DNA from: Rickettsiaceae bacterium
GTDB lineage: Bacteria; Pseudomonadota; Alphaproteobacteria; Rickettsiales; Rickettsiaceae
NCBI GenBank assembly: GCA_024236375.1
Contig: JACKKP010000001.1
Location: forward strand, 144,266 to 208,265
Reading direction: 5' to 3'
DNA: 64,000 nt
Below are positions 22,684-33,225 of this stretch, piece by piece. The first letter of the stretch is position 1, and each line of letters begins with the position of its first letter. The notes beneath the pieces were generated by a model, which was given only the letters and a program-made list of their open reading frames with translations, was not told the origin of the DNA and did no database searches. A program made the position numbers and the translations under genes.

Positions 22684-25563
22684 ATGGAATTTATCAAAGC
22701 TTTTATTGCGGATATTAATGCGCAGATTTTTGTAGGTTTTTTAGCTTTAAACTTGGTTTTTGGCTTAATGGCATCAAAAGGTGTCAGTACTATGCAAGCT
22801 TATTCAATTGGTAATAAAGACTTCAGTACTGCTACTATTATTTCTACTATAGTGGCTACGTGGGTCAGCGGGGAATTTTTTTTCACAATAGTTGCTGAAA
22901 CTTATACACAAGGTTTGAGTTTTATAGCGATAGTGATGTTAAGTGATTTTTTAGGGCTATTTCTAATAGGGAGTGTCTTTGCTGTTCGCATGCAAAAATT
23001 CATAGATAAATTATCAATAGCTGAAGCAATGGGGGATTTATATGGTAAAGAAGTCAGGATAATTACTGCGATTTCGGGATTTATTGCAATTAGTGGGATT
23101 ATCTCTATTCAACTTAAAATTTCTGGCTTATTATTTGAATATGCGTTAGGCGTGCCTTTAATTTATGGTATAGTAATTTCTGGTATTATCATTACTATAT
23201 ATTCTTCCCTTGGTGGTATTAAATCTGTAACTTTGACGGACGTAGTGCAATTTATTGCTTTTGGTACCATTATACCAGTTATTGCTTATTTTCTGATCAA
23301 AGGTATATCTTCTGATAAAAGTGTGGTGCAGACTATCACAGAAAATCCCTTATTTGATACAACTAAGATTTTCAGTTTCTCTAATCCTAATTTATATTAT
23401 CTTATTTCGATATTTTTATGGAGTGCAATACCCTCATTTAATCCAGCTATTTTTCAGAGAATAGCAATGGCTAAAGATACTAACCAAGTAAGACAATCTT
23501 TTATTATAGCATCAATGTTTTGTTTGTTACTTGCTGCTATAGTATCTTGGATTGGTGTTTTAATATTAACTATTTATCCTAATCTCAAAGGCGAAGAGGT
23601 ATTAAAAGTAATGATATCTGAACATAATTGGATTACTGGGTTTAGAGGGATCATTTTAGCTGGAGTTATGGCAATGGTGATGTCGACAGTTGATTCATAT
23701 ATTAACTCAAGTTCGATTTTATTAGTTCACGACTTAAGGCAATCATTAGGCAAACCATTACTGGCAAATGAGCTCAAAACAACAAGAATATGCTCTGCTA
23801 TTATAGGGATTATTTCTATATTATTTGCAATTCGCAGTGGCAGTTTTCTGGATTTATTTATTTGGGCTAGTATGTTTTATATGCCAGTAGTGACTGTGCC
23901 ATTCATTATGACTATATTTGGCTTTAGGAGCAGCAGTAAATCTGTGATCTCTGGGATGATTGCAGGTTTTAGCGTAGCAATGTTGTGGGAAATATTGTTG
24001 AAAGAACAAATGCAGAATATTGGTGGGCTCATTCCAGGTATGCTTGCAAATCTATCCGTCTTATTCTTTACTCATTATATCTTCAACCAACCAGGAGGAT
24101 GGAAGATAAAAGAAAAATCTTCTAGCGACGAAAAAATAATAACTACATATTCGTACCAGAATAAAATTGACGATATTTGGCACTGCCTTCAACAAAATCT
24201 GCCTAAAAGAAATGGTATTATTGCATTATTCGGGCTATTCATATTAATTTCAAATATTCTGAGTGCTAGCATGTTGTCTAAGGCAATATACATAAATCAT
24301 GCATTAATATTTGACCCCATTTATATTATTACATTACTTATTGCTACTCTATTAATCAATTATCCATTATGGCCGAAAAATTGCAGACGTGCAAATTATA
24401 TGGTTTATATATGGCACTCAATAATATTTATAGTACCTATATGTTTTTCGTTTCTTACTGTAATTATGACCAATTTTTCTGAAGTGCAATTAATGGTGTT
24501 TATGGCAAATATTATAGTGATTTCAGCATTATTAAATTGGAAAACTATTTTATGTCTTGTGGTTCCAGGAATGATATTAGTATCTATTTTATTTAAGCAT
24601 CAGATTCAAGTGGAGCAACTACCAGAAATTTTTTCCACCGAATTTAAGGTTGCTTACTTATTAATTTTAGTAGGTAGTATCATTATAGCTTTTCTTAAAC
24701 CTAGGCAAGAGCAGTTTGAAACTGCTGAAAGTCAGGTAGAGGGACTTCAGGCAGAAGTAGGAAATTTAGGGAAGGTAGTGGGGAGTTTAAATGGTAAAAT
24801 CACTGAATTGCATAATGTAGCTAATTTTTACAGCGTGCGAGCTGAAGATCAAGCTAAGGAAATAGAGAGATTGGGTAGTACAGCGCAAAAGATATTGAAT
24901 AATGTGAATCATGAATTGAGGTTACCTATAGGTAATGTGATAAACTTTGCACAAATGCTAGCAGAGGGGTTAGAGAAATATGATAAGGAACATCTGAAGA
25001 TGTTATTAGATGAGGTGCTACAAAACTCAAATCGCCTATCTTCAATGATTTTGAATATGTTAGACTTAGCGATGTTAGATGCAAAGAAAGTAGAGCTTAA
25101 AAAACAGACAATAAATTTAAGTAATTTAGTCAGGGATAGGATTAAAGAATGTTGTAAGATTTATTTACAAGAAAAGCCTATAGATTTTGAATTGTTTATA
25201 GAGCCAGAAATATTTAGCTTTGTAGATGCAAATTATATTAGGCAAACTATAGATAACTTAGTAATTAATGCCATTAATTATAGTGAAGATGGAAAGATAA
25301 AAATTATCTTACGCATTACAGATGAAAAGATGATTGAAATTGTGATTGAGGATGAAGGTGTTGGGATACCAAAGCATGAATTATATGATATATTCACGCC
25401 ATTTAAAATGAGTTCTAAGACGGAATCTAGTGCCCAAGGGCGGGGCGTAGGACTTGCTTTATGTAAAACTGCAATAGAAGCGCACGGTGGCACCATAAAA
25501 GTCGAAAGTGATGGCATCAAAGGTACTCGTTTCACAGTGATATTGCCACATGCAAGTCTATGA
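22684..25563 (+). CDS. Sodium:solute symporter (PutP-like) fused to a sensor histidine kinase
   Basis: N-terminal multi-TM SSS domain (ATWVSG, YSSLGGIKSVTLTDVVQF, AMVMSTVDS), further TM segments, coiled coil, HisKA NHELRLP, HATPase NAINYS/DEGVGI/GRGVGL. Confidence 0.92.
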   Translation: MEFIKAFIADINAQIFVGFLALNLVFGLMASKGVSTMQAYSIGNKDFSTATIISTIVATWVSGEFFFTIVAETYTQGLSFIAIVMLSDFLGLFLIGSVFAVRMQKFIDKLSIAEAMGDLYGKEVRIITAISGFIAISGIISIQLKISGLLFEYALGVPLIYGIVISGIIITIYSSLGGIKSVTLTDVVQFIAFGTIIPVIAYFLIKGISSDKSVVQTITENPLFDTTKIFSFSNPNLYYLISIFLWSAIPSFNPAIFQRIAMAKDTNQVRQSFIIASMFCLLLAAIVSWIGVLILTIYPNLKGEEVLKVMISEHNWITGFRGIILAGVMAMVMSTVDSYINSSSILLVHDLRQSLGKPLLANELKTTRICSAIIGIISILFAIRSGSFLDLFIWASMFYMPVVTVPFIMTIFGFRSSSKSVISGMIAGFSVAMLWEILLKEQMQNIGGLIPGMLANLSVLFFTHYIFNQPGGWKIKEKSSSDEKIITTYSYQNKIDDIWHCLQQNLPKRNGIIALFGLFILISNILSASMLSKAIYINHALIFDPIYIITLLIATLLINYPLWPKNCRRANYMVYIWHSIIFIVPICFSFLTVIMTNFSEVQLMVFMANIIVISALLNWKTILCLVVPGMILVSILFKHQIQVEQLPEIFSTEFKVAYLLILVGSIIIAFLKPRQEQFETAESQVEGLQAEVGNLGKVVGSLNGKITELHNVANFYSVRAEDQAKEIERLGSTAQKILNNVNHELRLPIGNVINFAQMLAEGLEKYDKEHLKMLLDEVLQNSNRLSSMILNMLDLAMLDAKKVELKKQTINLSNLVRDRIKECCKIYLQEKPIDFELFIEPEIFSFVDANYIRQTIDNLVINAINYSEDGKIKIILRITDEKMIEIVIEDEGVGIPKHELYDIFTPFKMSSKTESSAQGRGVGLALCKTAIEAHGGTIKVESDGIKGTRFTVILPHASL

Positions 25564-25589
25564 ATTGATCTCAATTAGCCCTGCTATAA

Positions 25590-26828
25590 TCAGGCAGTGG
25601 GGCCGTATCTGCTTGGATTGGAGGTTTGTGTGATTTTATCAGTAAAGCGCTGGGCACCTTTTTGAATATCTTTCTTAACCTGTTTAACCTTTGCTGTGCC
25701 AGCCTTTGCTATTAATTTAGCTATCTTTGTAATAGGTTCGAATGTGTTTGCTGCAAATTGACCTGTTTTTATTGCAAATTTTATATTAGGTTCTACAGAT
25801 TTATATATTGAAGACAAAGTATCGTATATTAACTTTATAGAATCCTCTGCATAATCTCTCCTTTTCATTTGACTATATAAATTTTGAGCGGTCAATTTTT
25901 GTTCTGGAAACTGTCTTTTGACTTCACATATATCATTATATAATAAATAAGCAGCTGAAGTGATACACGCGGCAATTACCGCAGTATAGGCAGCAACTGA
26001 GGCAGCACAGGCGGCAATAATAACTGGCGTTAATATACTAGCAGATGAAGATACTGCTAAGGCGCCCAATACTCCAATTGCTATATTAGTAGCTGCTATG
26101 GGTATCATAGCTATCGCAAGTTTTTCCATTTGTGAATCGTCGAGATTAGAAATTGTGTGTATTGCATCTAGGATCATTTCAGTACCTTGAGCTATTATAA
26201 TATTTTTCTTATCTCTGGATTCTTTTCTTAAATTATCTAACTCAGTAACTTTCTGGTATTTGTTTGCTAATGCTACGCGAGTGTTTTTAGTGTACTCTTT
26301 TTCTGAAAGAGCACCACTTATTCCCAGACTATAGATTTGTACTTCTGCAATATAGTCCTTAGATATGTTAGGGCTACTATTTTCTTTCTTAAGTCTTTCT
26401 ACATACATCAAACAATTATCAGCGTCATCTAAGATATCTTTGTGCTTGGTAATAGCTCCCTCTACTTCATTCAATAATGATGTGACTGCTTCTTGTGTTG
26501 TTATATTGTCTGGTATTTCAGTGCCTTGGTTTTTACTATTTTGAATTATCCGTTGTATTTCTGCAATATTTTGTATTACTTGGTTATTTTGCTCAGGGTG
26601 TTTTGTGGTGGTTAGGCTACAAAATGCTGTAATCTCACTGATAAACTTTTGTAGTGAAGGCTCTTCAGAAAGCGTTTTATTCCGCTCCCTGAATCGATTA
26701 ATCTGTTGTGCCTTGTCGTAATTTTTTGTCAATGCTTCATCAGAGCTTGCGTAATTCAATGTCTTATCTGTTGCATCTAATATGTCATTAATTAATTTTT
26801 GTATTTCTTTTGTTTGATTTTCGTTCAT
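25590..26828 (-). CDS. Orphan helical protein with long bilobed hydrophobic segment, candidate effector
   Basis: 412-aa ORF; about 60-aa Ala/Ile-rich hydrophobic stretch flanked by charged helical regions; no signal peptide. Confidence 0.8.
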   Translation of the reverse strand: MNENQTKEIQKLINDILDATDKTLNYASSDEALTKNYDKAQQINRFRERNKTLSEEPSLQKFISEITAFCSLTTTKHPEQNNQVIQNIAEIQRIIQNSKNQGTEIPDNITTQEAVTSLLNEVEGAITKHKDILDDADNCLMYVERLKKENSSPNISKDYIAEVQIYSLGISGALSEKEYTKNTRVALANKYQKVTELDNLRKESRDKKNIIIAQGTEMILDAIHTISNLDDSQMEKLAIAMIPIAATNIAIGVLGALAVSSSASILTPVIIAACAASVAAYTAVIAACITSAAYLLYNDICEVKRQFPEQKLTAQNLYSQMKRRDYAEDSIKLIYDTLSSIYKSVEPNIKFAIKTGQFAANTFEPITKIAKLIAKAGTAKVKQVKKDIQKGAQRFTDKITQTSNPSRYGPTA

Positions 26829-27255
26829 ATAATTTATCTTAAATATTTGATTAGTATTCAGTATAAGTGAAAACTAAATATTAACCAATAAAACAAGCAG
26901 ATTAAAAAGTTTCACATTTATTAATGTGATATTTATGGTATATAAAATTTTTTAAAATGAAATATAGTGCTCTAGTGAATTAACGTAAAAGTAATAAGCA
27001 TTATATATGATAAAAGAGAAGTGGACTTAAAAAGTTATAGGTATTATGTACAAATAAAAACAATATTAAGAAAACAATAGAAAGTATAATTATCTATTTA
27101 AATAAATAAAAGAGGATAACATGCTAGGTTAATGAGCAATCAAGAATATATAATAGGTAGGTCGAAAATTGAGTGGTACTGTTGTTTTGGTATGGATATG
27201 AAATTACACACAGACACAAATTAGCAAGCTGAGATGTATGAGTATTATTTTGTGC

Positions 27256-27285
27256 AAAAGATGCGCTTAAAAAATACGCATCCTC
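27256..27285 (-). terminator. Putative terminator of rpmJ
   Basis: AAAAGATGCG...CGCATC hairpin with a U-run on the minus strand just past the rpmJ stop. Confidence 0.5.
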
Positions 27286-27299
27286 TATTGAATCAAGAA

Positions 27300-27425
27300 T
27301 TAAGCCTGCTTCGCTTTAAATTTTTTATTAACTTTATTAATTACTAAAACGCGTCCTTTGCGTTTTACAAGTCTGCAATTTTTATCTCTATTTTTCAGAG
27401 ATTTTAGTGATTTTACAATTTTCAT
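27300..27425 (-). CDS. rpmJ: 50S ribosomal protein L36 (type B, zinc-free); absent from ORF track
   Basis: Manual translation [41 protein letters not shown] (41 aa). Confidence 0.95.
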   Translation of the reverse strand: MKIVKSLKSLKNRDKNCRLVKRKGRVLVINKVNKKFKAKQA

Positions 27426-27658
27426 ATAATTATCTCTATAATATTCCGATTAAAAATACATTTTTCTCCCTCAATAGTCAAGAGAAAACCTCTGGAGAAA
27501 TTACTATAATATAAATTTCATGATAGCCTAAATATATTGTGGCAATTAATAATTTGTAGAATAAAAATAGCAATTGTAATAAAGTCTGTTATATTATTAA
27601 TTTATTTAATGGAGAACCTGACTGCAATATTTAGGTAGTGTAATAACAATAATTTTGA

Positions 27659-28654
<996 letters not shown>

Positions 28655-28666
28655 GAGCACAAATCT

Positions 28667-28849
28667 ATGTCTTTAATTATTATATTTTCAATTCTGACGA
28701 TTCTAGTTCTGGCCACTGGTGTTATTTTGATGGCATATGGTGGTGACCTTAATAAAAAATATTCTACGAAATTAATGTCACTGAGAGTATTTTTTCAGGC
28801 TATGGTTATCACCGTGCTAGCTTTTCTATATCTCTATTCAACCAAGTAA
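28667..28849 (+). CDS. Twin transmembrane helix small protein (HIG1-like)
   Basis: GVILMAYGG..NKKYSTKLMSLRVFFQA pattern, 2 TM segments. Confidence 0.85.
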   Translation: MSLIIIFSILTILVLATGVILMAYGGDLNKKYSTKLMSLRVFFQAMVITVLAFLYLYSTK

Positions 28850-28912
28850 AACACACATGACAAAATAGACACTCTCATGATGATGGCCTGCGTTTAGGTA
28901 TTTTGTACACGA

Positions 28913-29071
28913 TACAGTTCTTTACAATAGAGTGTTGCTAAGGTGTGAGTAAGAGAAAAAGCTGTGTGCTAACCTCAAACGCTGGATCAACAAAAATTTA
29001 CCTTACATGGAAGACTTACATCAAGCAATTTCTTTTTCTTTAAATGCAATATTCTATTGTAAACGACTATA
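28913..29071 (+). mobile_element. MITE-like palindromic element, copy 1 of 3
   Basis: 159 bp with imperfect ~26-bp TIRs (TACAGTTCTTTACAATAGAGTGTTGC / GCAATATTCTATTGTAAACGACTATA); highly similar to 42904-43057 and to the reverse complement of 52109-52268. Confidence 0.88.
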
Positions 29072-29262
29072 CTTTATTTGAGTGCTATTAGTATAGTGTC
29101 TTTTAAGTGAAATTAGCAACGTTGTTGCTCGTTTTTTAACTATTTATAGGCGACGAATAATTGGGCCTAATATCTATAATCCAACCTAACAATATAGTAC
29201 AAAAAGCAGCGATCCCAAATATTGTTAAGTTAGAGATTAATTTTGAGTGCTGAAATTATGAA

Positions 29263-29302
29263 AAAAAGTGAGCGCTAGATGATTTTCTAACGCTCAATTT
29301 TT
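29263..29302. terminator. Hairpin between convergent transcription units
   Basis: AAAAAGTGAGCGCTAGA...TCTAACGCTCAATTTTT. Confidence 0.45.
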
Positions 29303-29385
29303 AGTTTATATATTGTGAATAGACATAAACTGCTTTGTCAATCTAGTAATTGATTCACTGTCAGTCAAGTGCAATTAGTGTTTAT

Positions 29386-29673
29386 TTATGCTACCTCAAA
29401 TGGTTTATCACCGTCTCCAGCAATTACAGCATCAGCATTATGATCTGAATGCTCTAACCCTATCTTATGGTAAAAATAGTGTGCAACACGTGAATCTAGT
29501 GTATATGCCAAGGTGATACCTATTCCTTGGTCACCAAAACCCCTCAAAGCTTCTTTTGTAGTGTATATTGTAGTTTTTGCTTCTGTAGCAGTTGTCCAAA
29601 CACCAGTCTTTATAGAGTCTTTTAAGCTTGTACTGTCATCATCCAGATAGGTCTTTGCACTATTGTTGAACAT
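29386..29673 (-). CDS. 95-aa duplicate of the C-terminal domain of the upstream orphan gene
   Basis: ATG 1 nt after the upstream stop; MFNNSAKTYLDDD...DAVIAGD nearly identical to the upstream C-terminus. Confidence 0.6.
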   Translation of the reverse strand: MFNNSAKTYLDDDSTSLKDSIKTGVWTTATEAKTTIYTTKEALRGFGDQGIGITLAYTLDSRVAHYFYHKIGLEHSDHNADAVIAGDGDKPFEVA

Positions 29674-29962
29674 TTTATGCTGCCTCAACTGATTTAGCAA
29701 CGTCTCCAGCAATTACAGCATCAGCATTATGATCTGAATGTTCTAACCCTATCTTATGGTAAAAATAGTGTGCAACACGTGAATCTAGTGTATATGCCAA
29801 GATGATACCTATTCCTTGGTCACCAAAACCCATCAAAGCTTCTTTTGTAGTGTATGTTGTATTTGTTACTTTTGTAACAGTTGTCAAAACACCAGTCTTT
29901 ATAGAGTCTGTTAAGCTTATACCGTCATCATCCAGATAGGTCTTTGCACTATTGTTGAACAT
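29386..29962. repeat. Tandem direct repeat, two ~288-bp units
   Basis: 29386-29673 versus 29675-29962 match over long stretches with clustered substitutions. Confidence 0.93.
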
Positions 29963-30532
29963 GTCAAGTAGTGCTGGCAGCGTTACAAACGCGAGTAGAT
30001 CTAGACTGAAGAGTGTAAGTTTCCATGATATAGGGTCGTTATTCTTCCCCGAGGTGTTCTTTTTTTCCGATTGCAAGGTTTGAGTGTTTGTGTCCTCCTC
30101 CTCCTCCTTCTTATTATCTGCAGGAATATTAACCGCCTGATTTTCCGTGATAGTGGTTATAGTATCTGCATTATCAACCTGATCTTGCGGAATTTTCTTT
30201 TCTCTCTGCTGCTGACTGCACCATTCCTTCCAACCCTCTATCTGTGGTGCCTCAGCTGTAGAGTTGTTGTTGGAAAATAGATTAAATAGTTTTTTTGATC
30301 TTATCGTATCAGCTGCCCCACCTATTGCATTCAATGGCTTTGAGTAGATGCTCTCGCCTTCGATGCCTTTTAATTGGCTAAGACCATACAACATGCCCTG
30401 CAGCAATGCAATACTGGTCATAGTTTTAGCCGTTTGTTTCCCCCCGGGTCCAGCCTTCGTGAAATGTTCGTCAGCGGCGTCAAGCCATGATTCACTACTA
30501 CACCAATTCTTTATAGTACTTTTAAAACCCAT
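29675..30532 (-). CDS. Orphan protein with acidic low-complexity linker and hydrophobic segments, candidate effector
   Basis: 285-aa ORF starting MGFKST; KKEEEED linker; TM-like LTLFSLDLLAFVTLPALL. Confidence 0.75.
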   Translation of the reverse strand: MGFKSTIKNWCSSESWLDAADEHFTKAGPGGKQTAKTMTSIALLQGMLYGLSQLKGIEGESIYSKPLNAIGGAADTIRSKKLFNLFSNNNSTAEAPQIEGWKEWCSQQQREKKIPQDQVDNADTITTITENQAVNIPADNKKEEEEDTNTQTLQSEKKNTSGKNNDPISWKLTLFSLDLLAFVTLPALLDMFNNSAKTYLDDDGISLTDSIKTGVLTTVTKVTNTTYTTKEALMGFGDQGIGIILAYTLDSRVAHYFYHKIGLEHSDHNADAVIAGDVAKSVEAA

Positions 30533-31050
30533 GATTTTACCTATATAATTTTAATTAAACATAATATGATATTTATATTCTATAAAAAAATTGAGTCAAG
30601 TGCTATAACAAATTATTTTTACTATTTATTTCATAAATATAAATTTTGTTACACTAGCAGTGAATATTGAGATTTAAAATTAGAGTTATATAGTGATAAT
30701 ATATAGAGCTAATCTGTGTTTTTAAGTCAATGAATAATTGAAAGCAAATCTGAATAATAATTTATTTTATTATTACAATTTAGTAAAAAACAAGTAATTA
30801 ATTACATTGAAAGTAAAATCTATGATATTAATTCACTAAACAAGTTTATTGTTTAATGCAAAAACATTTATGTTATCCTTTTAAGATTTGTAAAAAATTA
30901 TTTCAAAATAAGCACAAATGTTTTTGTTGAAATATAGTTTTGGATTAATTTGAGATCATTGCCGCGCCAAAAATTAAAATAAGATTTTCCTCTTGGACAA
31001 AATGTTAAATAAATATATGATTTACCCAGAGATAATAATATAAAATTAAT

Positions 31051-32433
31051 ATGATAGTTAGAACTAGATTTGCTCCTTCGCCAACTGGCTTTTTACATAT
31101 TGGTGGTGCACGCACTGCATTATTTAATTATTTATTTGCACGTGCAAAAGGTGGTAAATTTTTATTGCGTATTGAAGATACTGATCGCGTACGTTCTAAT
31201 AAAGAAGCAGAGAAATCTATTATTTCATCGCTAAAATGGTTGGATATTGAATATGATGAAGAAATAATATATCAATCTCAGAGAGCAGCACGACATGTTG
31301 AAATTGCTAAACAATTAATAGAAGCTGGTAAAGCCTATTATTGCTTTGCTACTCAAGAGGAAATTGCTGTGGTGCGTGATGCGGCTATTGCAAAAAAGGA
31401 GCATTTTATTTTTCATTCTCCTTGGAGGGATGTTGATTCTTCAAAATACCCTGCTGGACAAAAGCCAGTAATACGCATTAAAGCGCCACGCGAAGGGGAA
31501 ATGGTCATTAATGATCTGCTGCAGGGTAAAGTCAGAATGCAAAATTCTCATTTAGATGATATGGTGCTACTAAGAGCTGATGGTACGCCGACCTATATGC
31601 TAGCAGTGGTGGTTGATGATCATGACATGAGTATTACACATATAATTCGTGGTGATGACCATTTGAACAATGCTTTCAGGCAAAAAATGATTTATGATGC
31701 GATGGATTGGCAGGTGCCTGATATGGTACATATTCCACTGATTCACGGACAAGATGGAGCAAAATTATCGAAAAGACATGGTGCACTAGGAGCAGATGAT
31801 TATAAGAAAATGGGATATTTACCTGAAGCTTTAAGCAATTATCTACTCAGACTGGGTTGGTCGCACGGAGATGATGAAATTATCTCCAGAAAGCAAGCTA
31901 TTGAGTGGTTTAACCTTGAATCCCTTGGGAAATCACCAGCTCGCCTTGATTTTAGCAAAATGCGTAATATTAATGCGCATTATTTGCGTGCAAGTGATAA
32001 TAAACGACTCGCTGAGATGATTTATGAATATTATCCAACTCTCAATTCAGTGTCCCAGAGAAATATATTAGCAGCAATTGATTTAATGAAACCTCGGGCT
32101 GAACTGATGACGGATTTATATAATATGGCTCCGATTTTTTTTGCGGGCGAAAATTATTTAGAGGATATTGAACCAGCAGCGGAAGACATAATTAAATCAA
32201 CAAGCAAATCACTGATTAACTCAGTCATAAATGATTTACAAAATATAGCAAATTTCAACAAGGAGTCAGTTAGAAATATTTTAGAAATATTAGCTAAACG
32301 TGAAGGTATGAAGCTAGGAGAATTAATGAAATATATTCGAGTGTATGTCACTGGTAGAATTGCTGCTCCTAGTATATTTGAAATTGCAGAAATTATTGGT
32401 CGAGAAGAAATGATTGCAAGGTTAAAAAAGTGA
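31051..32433 (+). CDS. gltX: Glutamate--tRNA ligase
   Basis: RFAPSPTGFLHIGG (HIGH), LRIEDTD, KLSKR (KMSKS). Confidence 0.97.
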   Translation: MIVRTRFAPSPTGFLHIGGARTALFNYLFARAKGGKFLLRIEDTDRVRSNKEAEKSIISSLKWLDIEYDEEIIYQSQRAARHVEIAKQLIEAGKAYYCFATQEEIAVVRDAAIAKKEHFIFHSPWRDVDSSKYPAGQKPVIRIKAPREGEMVINDLLQGKVRMQNSHLDDMVLLRADGTPTYMLAVVVDDHDMSITHIIRGDDHLNNAFRQKMIYDAMDWQVPDMVHIPLIHGQDGAKLSKRHGALGADDYKKMGYLPEALSNYLLRLGWSHGDDEIISRKQAIEWFNLESLGKSPARLDFSKMRNINAHYLRASDNKRLAEMIYEYYPTLNSVSQRNILAAIDLMKPRAELMTDLYNMAPIFFAGENYLEDIEPAAEDIIKSTSKSLINSVINDLQNIANFNKESVRNILEILAKREGMKLGELMKYIRVYVTGRIAAPSIFEIAEIIGREEMIARLKK

Positions 32434-33215
32434 TCTCTGAATTTTTACTGAAACAATATAAATCCGGATGTCTTGCTCAGGTGTATCTAGTAAGTGGGTA
32501 TGATCTCAAAACTAGTTTATCAGAGCTCGAAAAATTTGCTAAAGTTGTTTTAGGCACAGATAATCTTAAAAATAGTGGGGAATATATTTACATTGCAAAA
32601 GATAGTAAAAGTAAAAATATTACCATCGATCAAATTCGCTTTGTCCAAGAGTTTTCATATAAAACTTCAGTTATTTCAGGCAACAAAATCATAGTCATTT
32701 ATGGTGCGGATCAGATGAATATAAATGCTGCAAATTCTTGCTTGAAATTGCTTGAGGATACACCAAGTAATAGCTATATTTTCTTACTTACTGCACATCC
32801 ATATAATTTGCTACCTACGATTTTGTCAAGATGTACTAAGATTAATTTACCTAATCAATCTGATAATATAGATTTAACTACTCACTCAGATTTGCTCGAT
32901 ATTTTAATGAAAGATTGCCCTTTTGCAAAAAAACAGCAATTTATTGAAAAATTCTCTCTTAAAGATCGCGATTTATGGCAAGAATTTGCATCATATGCTG
33001 AAAATTTATTAGCTAAATTATCTAGATATAAGATGGGGATTATCAATTCTATAGAAGATAGAGAATCAAGAATTTTACTTCAATTAAAATCTGACTCATT
33101 GCCATATCTAGAAAATAAATATACTAAGTTAAGTATATTAATCAATAATGTTAATGAATATGATTTAGATTTACGCGCTAGTGCTATAATGTTAATAGAT
33201 CTATTTGCAGAATAG
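32430..33215 (+). CDS. holB: DNA polymerase III subunit delta'
   Basis: ITIDQIR, ADQMNINAANSCLKLLEDTP, LLPTILSRC. Confidence 0.88.
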   Translation: MISEFLLKQYKSGCLAQVYLVSGYDLKTSLSELEKFAKVVLGTDNLKNSGEYIYIAKDSKSKNITIDQIRFVQEFSYKTSVISGNKIIVIYGADQMNINAANSCLKLLEDTPSNSYIFLLTAHPYNLLPTILSRCTKINLPNQSDNIDLTTHSDLLDILMKDCPFAKKQQFIEKFSLKDRDLWQEFASYAENLLAKLSRYKMGIINSIEDRESRILLQLKSDSLPYLENKYTKLSILINNVNEYDLDLRASAIMLIDLFAE

Positions 33216-33225
33216 GGTAAGCTTG

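Noticed and set aside
29674-29712. N-terminal extension of the track's 108-aa ORF (MLETLLNQLRQHK)
   Set aside because: Out-of-frame overlap with the upstream gene end; the ATG at 29673 coincides with the duplication boundary and is the better start.
28913-29962. CRISPR array or retroelement template/variable repeat pair
   Set aside because: No short regularly spaced repeats, no cas or reverse transcriptase genes, and differences between the 288-bp units are not restricted to adenines.
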